Positions 38,616-51,800 of a stretch of DNA of 64,000 nucleotides are shown piece after piece. The position numbers and the translations under genes are program-made. How positions within the stretch are numbered: position 1 is the first letter of the stretch; every line of letters begins with the position of its first letter. Origin of the DNA: Macrostomum hystrix (lineage: Eukaryota; Animalia; Platyhelminthes); assembly GCA_950097015.1 (NCBI GenBank), contig CATNEN010000014.1:496001-560000 (forward strand), read 5' to 3'. The notes beneath the pieces were generated by a model. It made no database searches, had not been told where the DNA came from, and saw only the letters and a list, made by a program, of their open reading frames with translations.

Positions 38616-39874
38616 TTGGAAAGAAGGTAAGTAAATCGAAAAAGGCGAATTAAAAATAATCATACAATCTATGGATTTAACCAGTGAGTAAATATTTCAA
38701 TGCACATAGCAGCCAGAGGTCGGTGGTTCGGATGTAGTCGGTTCATCGAAATTTTCATGAAATTCTATCTTGTTACTCGGATTTATATTCATTCTATAAT
38801 CAGCAACAGTCAAAAGTTCCACCCTACAAGCTAGAATAATTATTCTTTCTTATTGCAAGTCCCGCAACTTACTGCACGCGCGAAGCTCATTGAGAACGCG
38901 GCACCAAGCCGAGCCGATGCTGTCAACTAAAAGAACAGCTACACTGCGCTTGCCTTCCCAGTCCCCAGACATGAATCCTATCGAGCATGAATCCTATTTT
39001 CATCGCACTTGAATTATGGATGAACTTTTGAATGTGGCTGAGCATACTTGCCGAGCGCACATCCTCACCAAATTATCATTGAATTAGGAGCTATTACTGC
39101 TGCTGCGAGTACATCTCATTTTACGTCTTATACTAATGCTCATTATATTCCATTCATCTTGCCGTCATTGCGTGGTATCTGTCTCTTTGCGCTTTTGTTT
39201 ACCATCTTCTTGTAATGGTTGTTGAAATGAACCACCTGAAATAGACAACACCTGAGTTTGTTTCTAAGCAACACAAATAAATAATTCAGGCTCAGAGTTT
39301 TTTTCAATAGAGATACTTTTAAATATTAGTTTGTTCTGTTGATAGAATTAGGTTTGGTTCACACTGTGGGGCGGAAGAAAGTATTTAAAAAAAACTGAAT
39401 CATCATAGCCGTTCATCACTAGCAGCAAATACAAGAAGTGTTAGGGGCTATCTATGCAGAGCTTGCAGCAGATAAACACTGTGCTTTAGTTAGGCAACAA
39501 ATTTCCGGATGCGTGCAAGCTTTGAGCTTTGCTTTGCTAGAAGGCGAATTTATACAAAATAGTAGGCTAACGTTGGCAATTTTTCATTTTACTTTGCTAC
39601 TATCAATCTCAAATTTAGTCTTCCTTACATATTTTTGTCTTAATATTGGTACAAACTTAAAGCACAATTGTTTCAAAGCAGCAAGAAGTTGTTAAGCAGA
39701 AAATTATATCGCTTTCATTTACCAGCTACTTAGCTAAAAATACAAAAGCTACATAAAGTTTTCCCCTTGTTGTGTGCAAATAGCGACATTTGAAAGAGTT
39801 GATAAAACATTTGGTTTCATTATTCAAAGAGCTTTTTCACTCCAATATCTTGTTCGATCAAAACTGCGCAGAAT

Positions 39875-42800
39875 CTATAGGTGTGTCGTGTCACCAGCAT
39901 CACCTTCTTCACCAGAGGCCCCCTTTGAAGCTTCATTATCGGCCCCGTCGAAGGCCTCGTTGACGTACTCCGAAGTGGTGGGCTGAGCAGAATCCAAAGC
40001 AAATCCGCCAGCCTCAGCAGCGCCGCCGGCTTCGGCAGCACCGCCAGCCGCAGCTGCAGCAAATGCCGCAGTTCCCCCAACGGCTGCAGTGCTGGGAGCC
40101 ACAACAGAGCCAGAGCTCGTCAGGACTTTGATGATCACGAAGACTGCGAGCCCAATAAAAGCGATGCCAAGGACGGGAATGACAGACACCAGAGAGTAGA
40201 AGGCGGCACCAGGAGAGTCCTGTGGACCGATGGGTGGCCTAGAGCTAGAGGTTGGAGCGACACTAGTAGTTATCGATGCTGTTGTTGTCGTCGATGTGGT
40301 TGTTGTGGTTGTCGATGCTGTTGTCGACTGCGTCGTTATGTCTGTAGTCTGGGCTGTTGTCGTTGCTGGATAGACAAGATCGTCAACGAAAGGAAGTACA
40401 TTCTCCCACCAGCCGCAGTCCTGCCTGCGGAAGCCGAAGTTCAATTCTGGGAATTTATCGATTCCGAGAGCGCGGAAATACTTGGTGCGCTTCAGTCCCA
40501 GCTCGTAGGGTCTCCAATTCGGAGCACTCGGGTTCAAGTTCGGATTTCCGTCCTTGGCGAATTTCACAAAGCGCCTCATAATTGACTCAGAGAGGTTGGC
40601 TCTATCCACAGTCTCTGCTGGACCAGGGCTTGTCGGATTGCCGAAAAAGAAGAACGCATCTTCAACTGCAAATTAGAAAATGAGGCGGCTAAGAAGGTTG
40701 CTTGATATTTATTTTGTTTTTGTCTACTTGCATGCTTAAATTTTTGTGATTTCAGAGTTTCGATTACGAATAGTTCTGGTAGAAAGAATCCAGTCGTGAC
40801 AGAAACTTACACAGTGTCGAACCCAGCAACGGCAAGCGCTCTCCTTGGAACAGGGCCATTTCGTCGAATAAATAGTAGTAGGTGGAGTTGTTTGGGCTGG
40901 CAGCAACGAACTTCTCCGCGAACTCGGTGATGTCGCAGGTGAAGTAGCGGTCGCTCAATGCTTCCGCCCACTCTTGGATCTTCAGATCAAAGCTCTCTAG
41001 GTTTGACCACGGAGACTTGAACAGTTTCAGAATCTCCTGACCGCTGGTGGTCATCTGGGTCGGGAACCTTGGGAAGAAGGTGTTCGACTCGACCAGGGCC
41101 TGAAATTATTCAAGTGATGCAGTTTTGTTCCTGAGTGCGAAAGAATCGGGGCAATCAAATTATGCGCTTCAGACCGATGTGAATAACAGCGACTCGCACC
41201 TGTCGGTATGTCTCAAGCGTGAAGTTGTCCTTGTTCAGAATAATGTCACCGACGATTCTCTCGAGAAGGAAATTTCCAGGACTGCTTGTCTGTCCAATGA
41301 TCATCGGCATCTTGGCGAATCTTCCAGAGTTGACCAGAACCCACGGATCGTCAGCGAAGAATTCGCCGTCAATAACAGGCTGGAACTCAATGCCCTTGAA
41401 GATCCGGTTAAAGTCCTCTTGCATCTCGTTGATCAACTCGGGTGTTAGACCTTGCAGACAGTTGAGTACATCTGAGCTGCAGCTCAATGACCTGACGAAC
41501 TCGGCGCTATATAGCTTCACAATGCTAGGCTGATCGCTGAGCGGATAGCTCTGCATCGGACTGCCCGTCATCATGATGACTCTCTGGAACGGCTTGCTCG
41601 CAATTGGCTCTCGGAGGAGGTGGTATCCAACGGAGATTGAGCCAGCCTCCACACCGGCCAGCGTGATGGTGTTCTTGTCGCCACCGAACGCCTCAATGTT
41701 CTTTGCCACCCAGCTGACGGCGGCCTCCTGGTCAAAGAGGCCCATGTTTCCCGTGATGCCGCTGGCTACAGAGGTTTCCAGAGCGAGGAAGCCAAAGGCT
41801 CCGAGGCGGTAGTTGATCGTGACAATCACTGCATGCTCATGATCCAGGATGTTTCGACCGTTCCAGCGAGGCTCTGACGATGTGCCGACTTCGAAGAAGC
41901 CACCATGGATGAACACAATAACCGGATACGTGCCATTCGGATTTCCTGCACTTCTTGGCGTCCAGATGTTCAGGAAAAGACAATCCTCGCTCATTGTGAT
42001 GGGAGTGTAGTACTTTCTCTGGTAGCAAGAGGCACCCATTTCCTTTGCTTGATGTGTCACTCCTATGGGGGCAGTTAAAAAATGTAGGGGTAATTAGAAC
42101 GACCCAGACATTTTTCCGAATTTCAACAAACTCACCATCTCCGGCGTTCCTCAATGGCTCCGGACGCTTGAAACGTAAGTTTCCGACTGGGGGCTCAGCG
42201 TATCGCACGCCCAAGAACTCGGACATTGTGTTGTTGTCCTGAGTCACCACAGTCTGGCCAACGACAGTTCCGAATCCGCTCACGGAAACACTGTAATCAG
42301 CAATCACATTGCCCTGGATTTTCTGTGTGATTTTAGCTGTCTGAGGAGCGTTTCCGATGGACATATCAGGCAGCGCCTTTGTGGAGTCTCGTCGGGTTTT
42401 CTGGCCGAATGACGTTCCGTTCTTCACGAGACCATCGACGTAAGGCAGGTCGTAGTACCAGACACCACATCGTTGAATAGTTTTGGCTCCCTCGGTGGCA
42501 TTGTAGCGATCGTCGTAGAGGTTGTTGTAGTCGGCGTAGTCCCACACTCCCAGCTTTGTCTTTTGCCATGTGGGATCTGCAAATATTTTGGTTTTCGCTT
42601 CGATTTTAACACCGCAGCATTGGAAGTACACCGGTTTGCGCGACCTTGGTGAGCACTGACTGGAGTTAGTGAAGGACAGGCTTTGGTGGGGTGCTTTGGT
42701 CGGTGGTTGTTGGGGTGGGGGTCGCTTGTGTGGGGTGGGTTTGGCGTGGCAGGTGGTATTTAGTTTGTCGTTGTGACCCTTTTGCGTCTCGTTTGCGCGC

Positions 42801-45800
42801 TAGGTTTTTTTGCAAAAAAACTGCATCTGCTATTTTATTTCAATTGCCATTTTCGTATTTATTCGTTAAAATTTCTGAAAATATACACTTTGATGGGGCT
42901 TGTTCTTTGCGTGCCCCTCTGCTTCATCGTCCCACGTTGTCCTGCCTTTGCCTTCAACTCAAGTTGCGGCATGTCTACCTAATTCCGGGTATTTTTGTCT
43001 TGGCCAACGACAACTAGTTTCCCTTGAGCTGATGAGTGAGCACCCAACCACTTGGTCAAAAAACACGAAGCTAAAATCACCTGATGGACAAGCTCACAAG
43101 TTATAGCTCAAGCTCATAAAAATCGGAAGCTATTTACGCTTGTACCTCAGAATTTCAACACATGCAGCATGCTGCACCTTTTCTTTATGCTTTTAGAGCG
43201 GAATGTAGAGTTTTACATGCATTTTATTAATATTTCGTCTACAGAATTTATATTTCATTCCATTCACTCCAATCCATAATGAGACACTTGTGCTACCAAA
43301 ATACTCACTCGGCTGGCCATCTCTGACGAACTTCACAATGTCCCGCATCATGCGAATCGAAAGCTTTGTGTGAGATTCCGGGTAGACAATGCCAGTACCA
43401 GCAGGAATGCCGAAAAAGTATCGGAGATCCGCTTGATGGTCTGAGCCCAGTTGTTTCCGATCGACGTCCCATGGATCTCGAGCCGTGAAAACGTACAGAT
43501 AGGTCTCCGTGCTCGGTCGGTTCCGACCCTTCTGGACGATCGACTCCCACACAGGACACAGAAAGTAGCGATCACCCACAGCCTGACCCCAGGTGTTTTG
43601 CAGAGTCTGCTTGTCAGGACTGCCGATGTAGTCATCGAAGTACAGGTGGATGAAGTCGGTGCCGGTCTCGCTCAGTTTGCGAGGGAATCGTGGATGGTAC
43701 GGGAACGTCTGGTTCAGGAACTGAAAACGGGTTTTATCAGTGTGTTTGTGATGAATAGTGCTTGTAACTAATGAAAATTTCAAGTTGCGAAAAATTTGAA
43801 TGCATCTCAGAAACAATCTAGAGCCATGTATCTCTCACCTTTTTGTAAGTCGAAGCATCAACGTCAGCAATGGTCAAGTTCTGATTCGCGAGAGCCTGAG
43901 CCACATAGCTTCCTCCAGTGTCTGTTGTGAATCCCATGAGCATTTCGGTGGTGGCTGATCCAGCCTCCTGATTTCTCCATGCTTCAATGGGGTCTCGGTT
44001 GTTGAAAAATTTTTCGTCTAGGACCGGTCGAAACTCCAACGTGAGAAGCAGCTTCAGGAATGGCGTCTGGGCGTTCACGATTGTTTGGGCATCAAGTCGC
44101 CTGATGCAAGCAATGGTTTCGGTGATGCCGGCGTTTCCACATCCAAGTGCGAGAGCGACGAATGCGAGATTCAAGTCGCGCGTGTTCTCCTTGCCTCCAT
44201 TGCTATCGTACCAAGCCATGGGCATCGTGGGGGAACCCCCCATCATGATGGCTCGCTTGAAGAGTTGTTTCGAATCGGTGATGCTATGGAATCCGACGGC
44301 AGCCGCTCCGATACCATGTCCGGCAAGCGCGATGTTCTGAGGGTCTCCTCCGAAGTGGCTAATTTGGTCACGCACCAAACCGATCGCAAGGCGCTGGTCC
44401 AGCAGGCCCATGTTGCCGGGAAGCTCTGCGTCGTTGAGGTACAGGAAGCCGAATGCTCCAAGTCGATAGGCCACAGTGACCAAGACGACATCCTCGTAGG
44501 ACAGGAGGTTTTCTCCGAATAGCTCGCGCTGACTGATGGAGCCAGATTCGAAATTCCCTCCGTGAATGTACACAATCACGGGATAGTTGCGTCCCGCCAC
44601 CGCCTCCGGTGTCCAAATGTTCATATACAGACAGTCCTCAGAGATTGGAATTCCCAGCGTGCTGTTGTCTTGTGGGCAAGCTGGCGGAAGTGTCTGAGCT
44701 ACTAGAGTTCCAGGAGCTCCGGAATATCCTCTCGGTTGTGCGAACCTAAGATTTCCGACTGGTGAATCAGCATAGGGCACTCCGAGGAATCTAGCTATGA
44801 TTTTATTGTTTCTGTCGAGTCGAACACGGTGGCCGACGACGGTAAAGTCAGGGTTGACTACCACCGTCGCATTTCCGACGACAGTACCATCCGGTCCGAT
44901 GGGGGGCCGAGTTGTTGGTTGAACTGTTGGCGGCAACGTCGTTGGATCCCTTGTCAAATTGTCCACGAAAGGGAGGATTTCATCCCAAAATCCGCACTCC
45001 TGTCGTCGGTACCCGTCGCGGTACATCCTCGGTGGCAAGTTGTCCGCATCGAGAAGCAGATGCGACTTGTTCCTGGCATCGTACTTCTCCCACCTAATCG
45101 TTCCGCCGGGCTCGCCATCGCGCGCAAAGTTCACGATCACATGCATGATTTCGTCAGACAGCTGGCGCTGCTCGTCCGGACGAGCTGGGCCCGGGCTCGA
45201 CGGATTGCCGAAGACGTAGAACGCGTCTTCAACTGAAATGAGTTTTCGAAAGTCTTGCTAATTGACGTGAGAATCAGTCTTTAAAGCCATTGTTATGGTG
45301 CTGCAACCAAGGCTAGTTGCATATATCTGCTAGACTATTCACCTCTACTCGTGAAGAGCTCGGATTACAATAAATTCCATCAAAAACCAAAAAAGTTTTT
45401 TAGTTCACCCACATAGACTGGCGTGCTTGAGTGGTAGCGCCGATTCCTCGTAGTCTTTGCCCTCGGTGAACAGGTAGTTGAAAACTGGCTGGTTTGAAGC
45501 CTTGGAGTAGGCGTCGAGGAACTTGTTGTTTGCACAGGTAAAGTAGCGGTCGCTGACAGCGAGGCCAAGGTCTCTCAAATCTCGCTCAAAGTTGCCCTGT
45601 CCGTTGTACTGCATGTAGTGGTTGCGCAGGCCAGTTCTGCCTGCGGTCGTCAACTCTGTCGGAAACCTCGGGAAGAACTCCGTCATGCGTTCCAGGGTCT
45701 GAAAATAATTTCAAGCGTTAAGAAGATACAGCAAACAATTTTAAATCCCGAAAGATTGCCCAGAGCAAAGTTAAACCTAAGCCAAAGTTCATTTGCTTAG

Positions 45801-48800
45801 TGCAGCTCTCGTATTGAAAGTTGTTATTACAAACTGGTGAACAACAGTCTTAAAGTACGTCAAAAAATTATTAGCTAGAAACGATGAAGAAACAGCGCAT
45901 TTTAAAAGGACTTTATCTGCATTCGAAAAGTCTGGCTAGCTCCCCGGCGAAAATTCAGCAGACATAAAAACCGGTCGTGAAAATTGGCATGCATTCGTCA
46001 CTCACCCGAAGATAAACGCTGTGAGTGAAATTTCTTGGGGTCAGCAGCACACCCTCCGTGGCTCGCTCAAGAAGGAAATTGCCTGGTCTGTCGACGCCTC
46101 CGAAAATCATTGGAACCTGCATCAAATTTTTAGGATCAACAGTCCACGGATCCTGAGAGATGAAGTCTCCGTCAATCATCGGTGGGAACTCAAGTCTCTG
46201 GAAAACCTGTTGGAAAACTTCCTGAGCCGCGTTGATTGTGTCTGCAGGTAAATCCCGAATACACTTTAGAACCTCAACACCTTGGCAGCGCAACCTAGTT
46301 TGAGCAAAGCTGATTTGAATGTCTCGAGCTTTCTCCACGTCATCCGTCAGCGGATAGGACATGTACGGAGATCCGGTCATGAGCACCACCTGGTGGAAGC
46401 GGTTCTGACTTGGTCGGGCCATGTGGTAGCCGATCGATACAGCACCTGCCTCAACGCCCATCAAAGTGATGCGCTGCTTGTTGCCTCCGAATCTGTCGAT
46501 GTGGTCGGCCACCCACTGGAGAGCCATCTCCTGATCCCAAAGACCGTAGTTTCCAATGACATCTTTGTTGTCGAGCGAGAGGAAGCCGAACACTCCGAGT
46601 CGGTAGTTGATTGTCACAACGACGGCGTCCTCGTGATCCAGGATCATGCTGCCGTGCCAGCGATCTTCGTTGATGCCGCCGACTTCGAAGAAGCCTCCAG
46701 GAATGAAGACAAGCACAGGAAGGTTCGAGACGTCCCTGTCGGCTCTCTTTGGCGTCCAGATGTTCAAGTAGAGGCAGTCTTCAGACATGCTCAGATTGTG
46801 GTGTTGCCTCTGGATACACATTGGGGGCATTTTCGTCGCATTGTGTATGGTGTCTGAAAAATAAATTTAAATTTAAGAAATAATGGCAGCGCTTAAGAGC
46901 GGCAAAATGTTTTAACAAAGCCTCTCAAGTATTCATTCGATCATGCTGTGAAAATTGCTCGTACGCACCGGACGTTGTCTCTGGCTTCTCTGGCTTCGCC
47001 AATCGAAGATCTCCGACAGGCGGCTTTGCAAATGGAACTCCGAGAAATTGCGACATTGTGACGTTTGAAATCGTCCTAATAGTGTGTCCGTGGACATGAC
47101 CAAAGTTTGGAATTGCAACCGAGTAGTCTGCGACTACGTCATGAACGTTGAACGTCGACGATTTCTGATGTAGTGGGCCAGCCGTCAGTTGCTGCTTTCC
47201 ATTGACGCTAGCAAGAAGCTTGAGGAATTCTTCGTCGTCGTTGGCTGTTGAAGCGGTCAGATTGTTCACAAACGGCAGTTCATTCTTCCAGAGGGGGCAG
47301 CGGCCGGTGTTCAGCCCGAATCCATCTTCGACCATGACTGACAGCACGGAGCCTGGACCACCTGAATCTTCCTGCACGACATCGTAGATGAGGAAGTCAG
47401 ATGTTTGGAAGCTGGTCTGGTTCCATCGCGCAGGTGCTGCAATGAGTTTATACATGGCATTCAGTTGCTACACATGTTTTTTAAACATGGAGATTCCAGC
47501 AAGCGAATTTATGGTTGCTTACCAGTGCCGTCCATGTACTGCACAAAGTCGTCCATCATCAGCCGGGACAGATCCTTGTGAGACTCCGGATATCCGTCTC
47601 GCCTCAACGGCTCGCCAAACAGGTAGCGAATGTCTCCCCAGTGGTCGGCTCCAACCAAGCCTTCCTGCACCCGGAATGGGTCCTCCACATCAACGTAATA
47701 CATGTGGATTGGGTGTTTCTTGGCTCTCAACAGGTCGCTTGCGGCCTCCCAGATTGGACACAGGAAGTTGAAGTCGCCCATCGCTCTCGACCAGATGGCC
47801 TTGATGCGCTCATTGTAGTCGAAGTAGTTCCACTCGGTGAGGGCCAGCTTGAGGAACTGCAGCGCTGAGGCTCGATTTCTGTCAGGAAATCTGGGGAAGT
47901 AGTTGAACTGCAGCTCCACGATCTGATAAGGAGAAGAATGATGCGAAATATTTTACTTTTAGCTTGTTAAAGAAGGTTTTGACTGTACACGCAATTCTAC
48001 AATAATGTAAGAAATAGAAGGATTTTTCTAAAAACTTTTTTCGTCTGAAGAAAACCAAATGGGAAGTTGAATTGTTAAGCCTAGGTTGCGGCACTTCTAT
48101 ACCAACAGCCACAGGCGCTGTTTGTATGGAGTTTTGCTAATGACACCTTGGGAGGTCGAGGTTGTGATGACACCTTCGTTGGTCACATCCAAAGTCGCCA
48201 TCCGAAGTTTAATCATTTTCCCATGAATGTCTATTCTGGTTTCCGGGCCTACTAGCTTACATGTTACTGAATAATATAATTGCTTAATCATTTTTGTGTG
48301 TCATATGGGTTCTTAAGAGTCTGATTTTCCATGGCGCGGGTTTGACTAGAACAGTCTGAATTTTATATGACGTAGGCATGTCTAGCTCTGGTAATATTAT
48401 AATTTCACTTCTTTCTCTTTGGCAAAATCATATTCATAATGAAACAAACAGGAGAGAAAAGAGATGCAGTTTCACAAGCGACAAAATCCTAAGCTCTGTG
48501 ACTAATTTAATCTATTATGCATTTTAACCCAAGAATAAAAATATAATCACCTTCCTTACGAAACATATAAATACAAGTACTCTCATTCGCAAGATATCCG
48601 TGGTCGGAAATCAGAACATGGCTGCATATAATGTCCAACTCACCCTCTCAAAGATGGTCCTGTTGAGCGACTCCCACGAGATGTTGCGTCTCGCCAGCGA
48701 CTGCTCGATGTAGTACCGTCCTGAGTCTGAGCCCACTCCAGTCATGATCGGCTTATCCATTTCGCCACTAGCCCAAACATCATAGGGGGGAGTATTGTTG

Positions 48801-51800
48801 AAGAAGGATTTGTTGAACACAGGCAAGAACAGCAGATGATCTCTCGAGTGCTGCATGTTAAGCTGCTCAGTCATGATTCTGTCGAGAGGAAGACTCCTCA
48901 GACATGTCAGGACGTCGTCCAGCGGACCTCGACCGCAATCAAGCTGAACGTTCACAAAGTATTCGCTCTCCTTCAGGACCTCCGCCGTCGAGCTTGACCA
49001 AGCGAGCGGCATTGAGGGCGAGCCACCCATCAGGATCATTCGGTCGAAGTAGGCTTTCGAGTCTGTGACGGCGTGGAATCCGGCGGACGCAGCGTCTGTC
49101 CCGTGACCAATCAAAGTGATTCGGTTCGGGTCGCCACCGAATGCCGGGATCACTGTCCTGATAAAGTCCAATGCGAGTCGCTGATCCATCAGACCGAAGT
49201 TTCCAGGCAGCTTGTCGTCGTCCAGGAACAGAAAGCCGAGAGCTCCGAGTCGGTAATTGACTGTCACCAGAATCACGTCCTCGTTCTCGAGCAGCTGCTC
49301 ACCTCGATATTCAGCCAGGCTGTTCGCTCCAGCTGTGTAGTTTCCACCGTGAAGGAACACTGCTGTCGGATTTCCAGATGTGCCGTTAGGAGCCCAGATG
49401 TTGAGGTAAAGGCAGTCTTCGGACATGCTACCACCCGGCACTGGCGGGATCGTCTGAGGACATGCTGGGGGCATGGTCTTCGCTGTGTAGTTTGTGCCTT
49501 TCGGGAAAACAGCGTTTGCGAACCGGGTTAGAGGCATTTCTGCGTAAGGAACTCCCAAAAACCGGTTAATGATCTTTCCGTTTGGAAGCTGCACCAAGTC
49601 GCCTGAGATGGCTAAGCGACTTTCAGCTCTGGAAAGATCGATTTCAATGATGATTTCGTCGATAACGCTGCCGTCAGGTCCGATCGGTGGTCGAGTGGGC
49701 GGCACTGCAGTGCCGTTTAGGCTGTTCACGAACGGGAGTGTATGATCCCAGAAGCCGCACTCTTGTCTTCGGTAGCCATCTTTGTACATAGCGGGTGGTA
49801 GGGAATCTGCATCAAGCAGCAAGTGTGCCTTCTTTTCAAAGTCGTATCGCTCCCATTGGAGCAAGTCACTGGGGCTTCCGGTCTTGGCAAACTGGACAAT
49901 AGCCTGCATGATGACATCGGACAGGCGCCTCTGCTGGTCTGGCACCGCCGGTCCTGGACTCGATGGGTTTCCGAACACGTAGAAGGCGTCCTCAACTGAA
50001 ATTCCACATGCTCAAGATATTGATCTTTCCAGCACAAGTGCGAGCATTAATATGCTAACACGAGCTATGTATGGTCTTTTTGGTAAAATCCTGTTTTTGT
50101 GTCCTAGCAGCTTAAATATTGCGAAATCATTAAAATATGCTTTTTTTCTTGGCATTATTTCAATGGCGCACTTTCTGTGGAACTTTTTTAATTTACTTTT
50201 TTATTCTTATTATTTAACACTTGTAATTTTTTCAAGGCAAATTTCTAAGCGACTTTCGCTTCCGAAATATCACACAAAAATTAGTACCAGAGAATCGGAA
50301 TTTCTCAGAGCTGGGTTTTAAAATATGGATAGAATTACGAGCCTGAATACGTTTAAGGAATCGACATGACATTCAAATTCGGTCGTTATCAAAGGATTGC
50401 GACTTTTATAAACCTCTGACTTTGTACAGTTCCCCGGCTAGCTTAATGGTAGAGAAGACGTTCTAACAGTTGTCTTTGGACTTACACAGACTCGCGTGCT
50501 GCAACGGTAGCAGTGTGTCGCCCATGTACTCTTTGCCCTCTGTGAATAGATAGTTAAACACTGGCTGGCTTGAAGCCTTGGAGTAGGCGTCAAGGAACTT
50601 GTTGTTTGCGCAGGTGAAGTAGCGATCACTGAGTGCTAGTCCGAGATCCCTGAGGTCTCGCACTAGATTACCCTGTCCATTGTACTGCATAAAGTGGTTG
50701 CGCAGACCGGCCTTTCCGGAAATCGTCATCTCAGTGGGAAACCGTGGGAAGTACTCGTTTGTTCTCTCCAGACTCTGGCGTCAAAATGAATTGCAAGGCT
50801 TGTTTTAATGTCATCATACGAGCATCATCGCACATACACTCGCGTTGTTCGCGTTTTAAGTGGCCCTACACAATTAAAATTCAAAGAGACAAATTTAAAG
50901 TCAAATACATAACTGTTTTGCTTCCTTTAAGTTCAGATTCAGGCATTTAGACGGATACGACTGCGAATGCAGCTCTTGAAAGCAATTTCTCACCGCCAAA
51001 AATACGCTGTGCGTGAAGTTCTCCGGTGTCAGTAGTCCAGTCTCCGCCAGTCTTTCGATGAAATTGTTTCCTGGACGATCCACTCCACCGAATATCATGG
51101 GAACCTTCATCAAATTGTTAGGGTCCATGGTCCACGGATCTTGCCTAATGAAGTCACCGTCAATCACTGGTGGGAACTCAAGTCGTGCGAACAGCTGTTG
51201 GAAAACTTCTTGCTCATTGTTGATTTCCTCGGCAGTTTTGTTCCGAAGACACTCCAACACGTCGCCTCCTCGGCAACGCATTTTGTTAAGAACAAAGTTG
51301 TTCTGCAGTTCACGTGCTTTCTGTGTGTCATCCGTCAGTGGATAGGACATGTACGGAGATCCGGTCATGAGCACCACCTGGTGGAAGCGGTTCTGCTTTG
51401 GTCGGGCCATGTGGTAGCCGATCGACACAGCACCTGCCTCAACGCCCATCAAAGTGATGCGCTGCTTGTCGCCTCCGAATCTGTCGATGTGGTCGGCCAC
51501 CCACTGGAGAGCCATCTCCTGATCCCAAAGACCGTAGTTTCCAATGACATCTTTGTTGTCGAGCGAGAGGAAGCCGAACACTCCGAGTCGGTAGTTGATT
51601 GTCACAACGACGGCGTCCTCGTGATCCAGGATCATGCTGCCGTGCCAGCGATCTTCGTTGATGCCGCCGACTTCGAAGAAGCCTCCAGGAATGAAGACAA
51701 GCACAGGAAGGTTCGAGACGTCCCTGTCGGCTCTCTTTGGCGTCCAGATGTTCAAGTAGAGGCAGTCTTCAGACATGCTCAGATTGTGGTGCTGCCTCTG

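Larger units (their letters stand above)
39220..47940. repeat. Segmental duplication, copy 2 (3' half of gene A)
   Basis: Colinear with 12941-22310. Confidence 0.95.
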
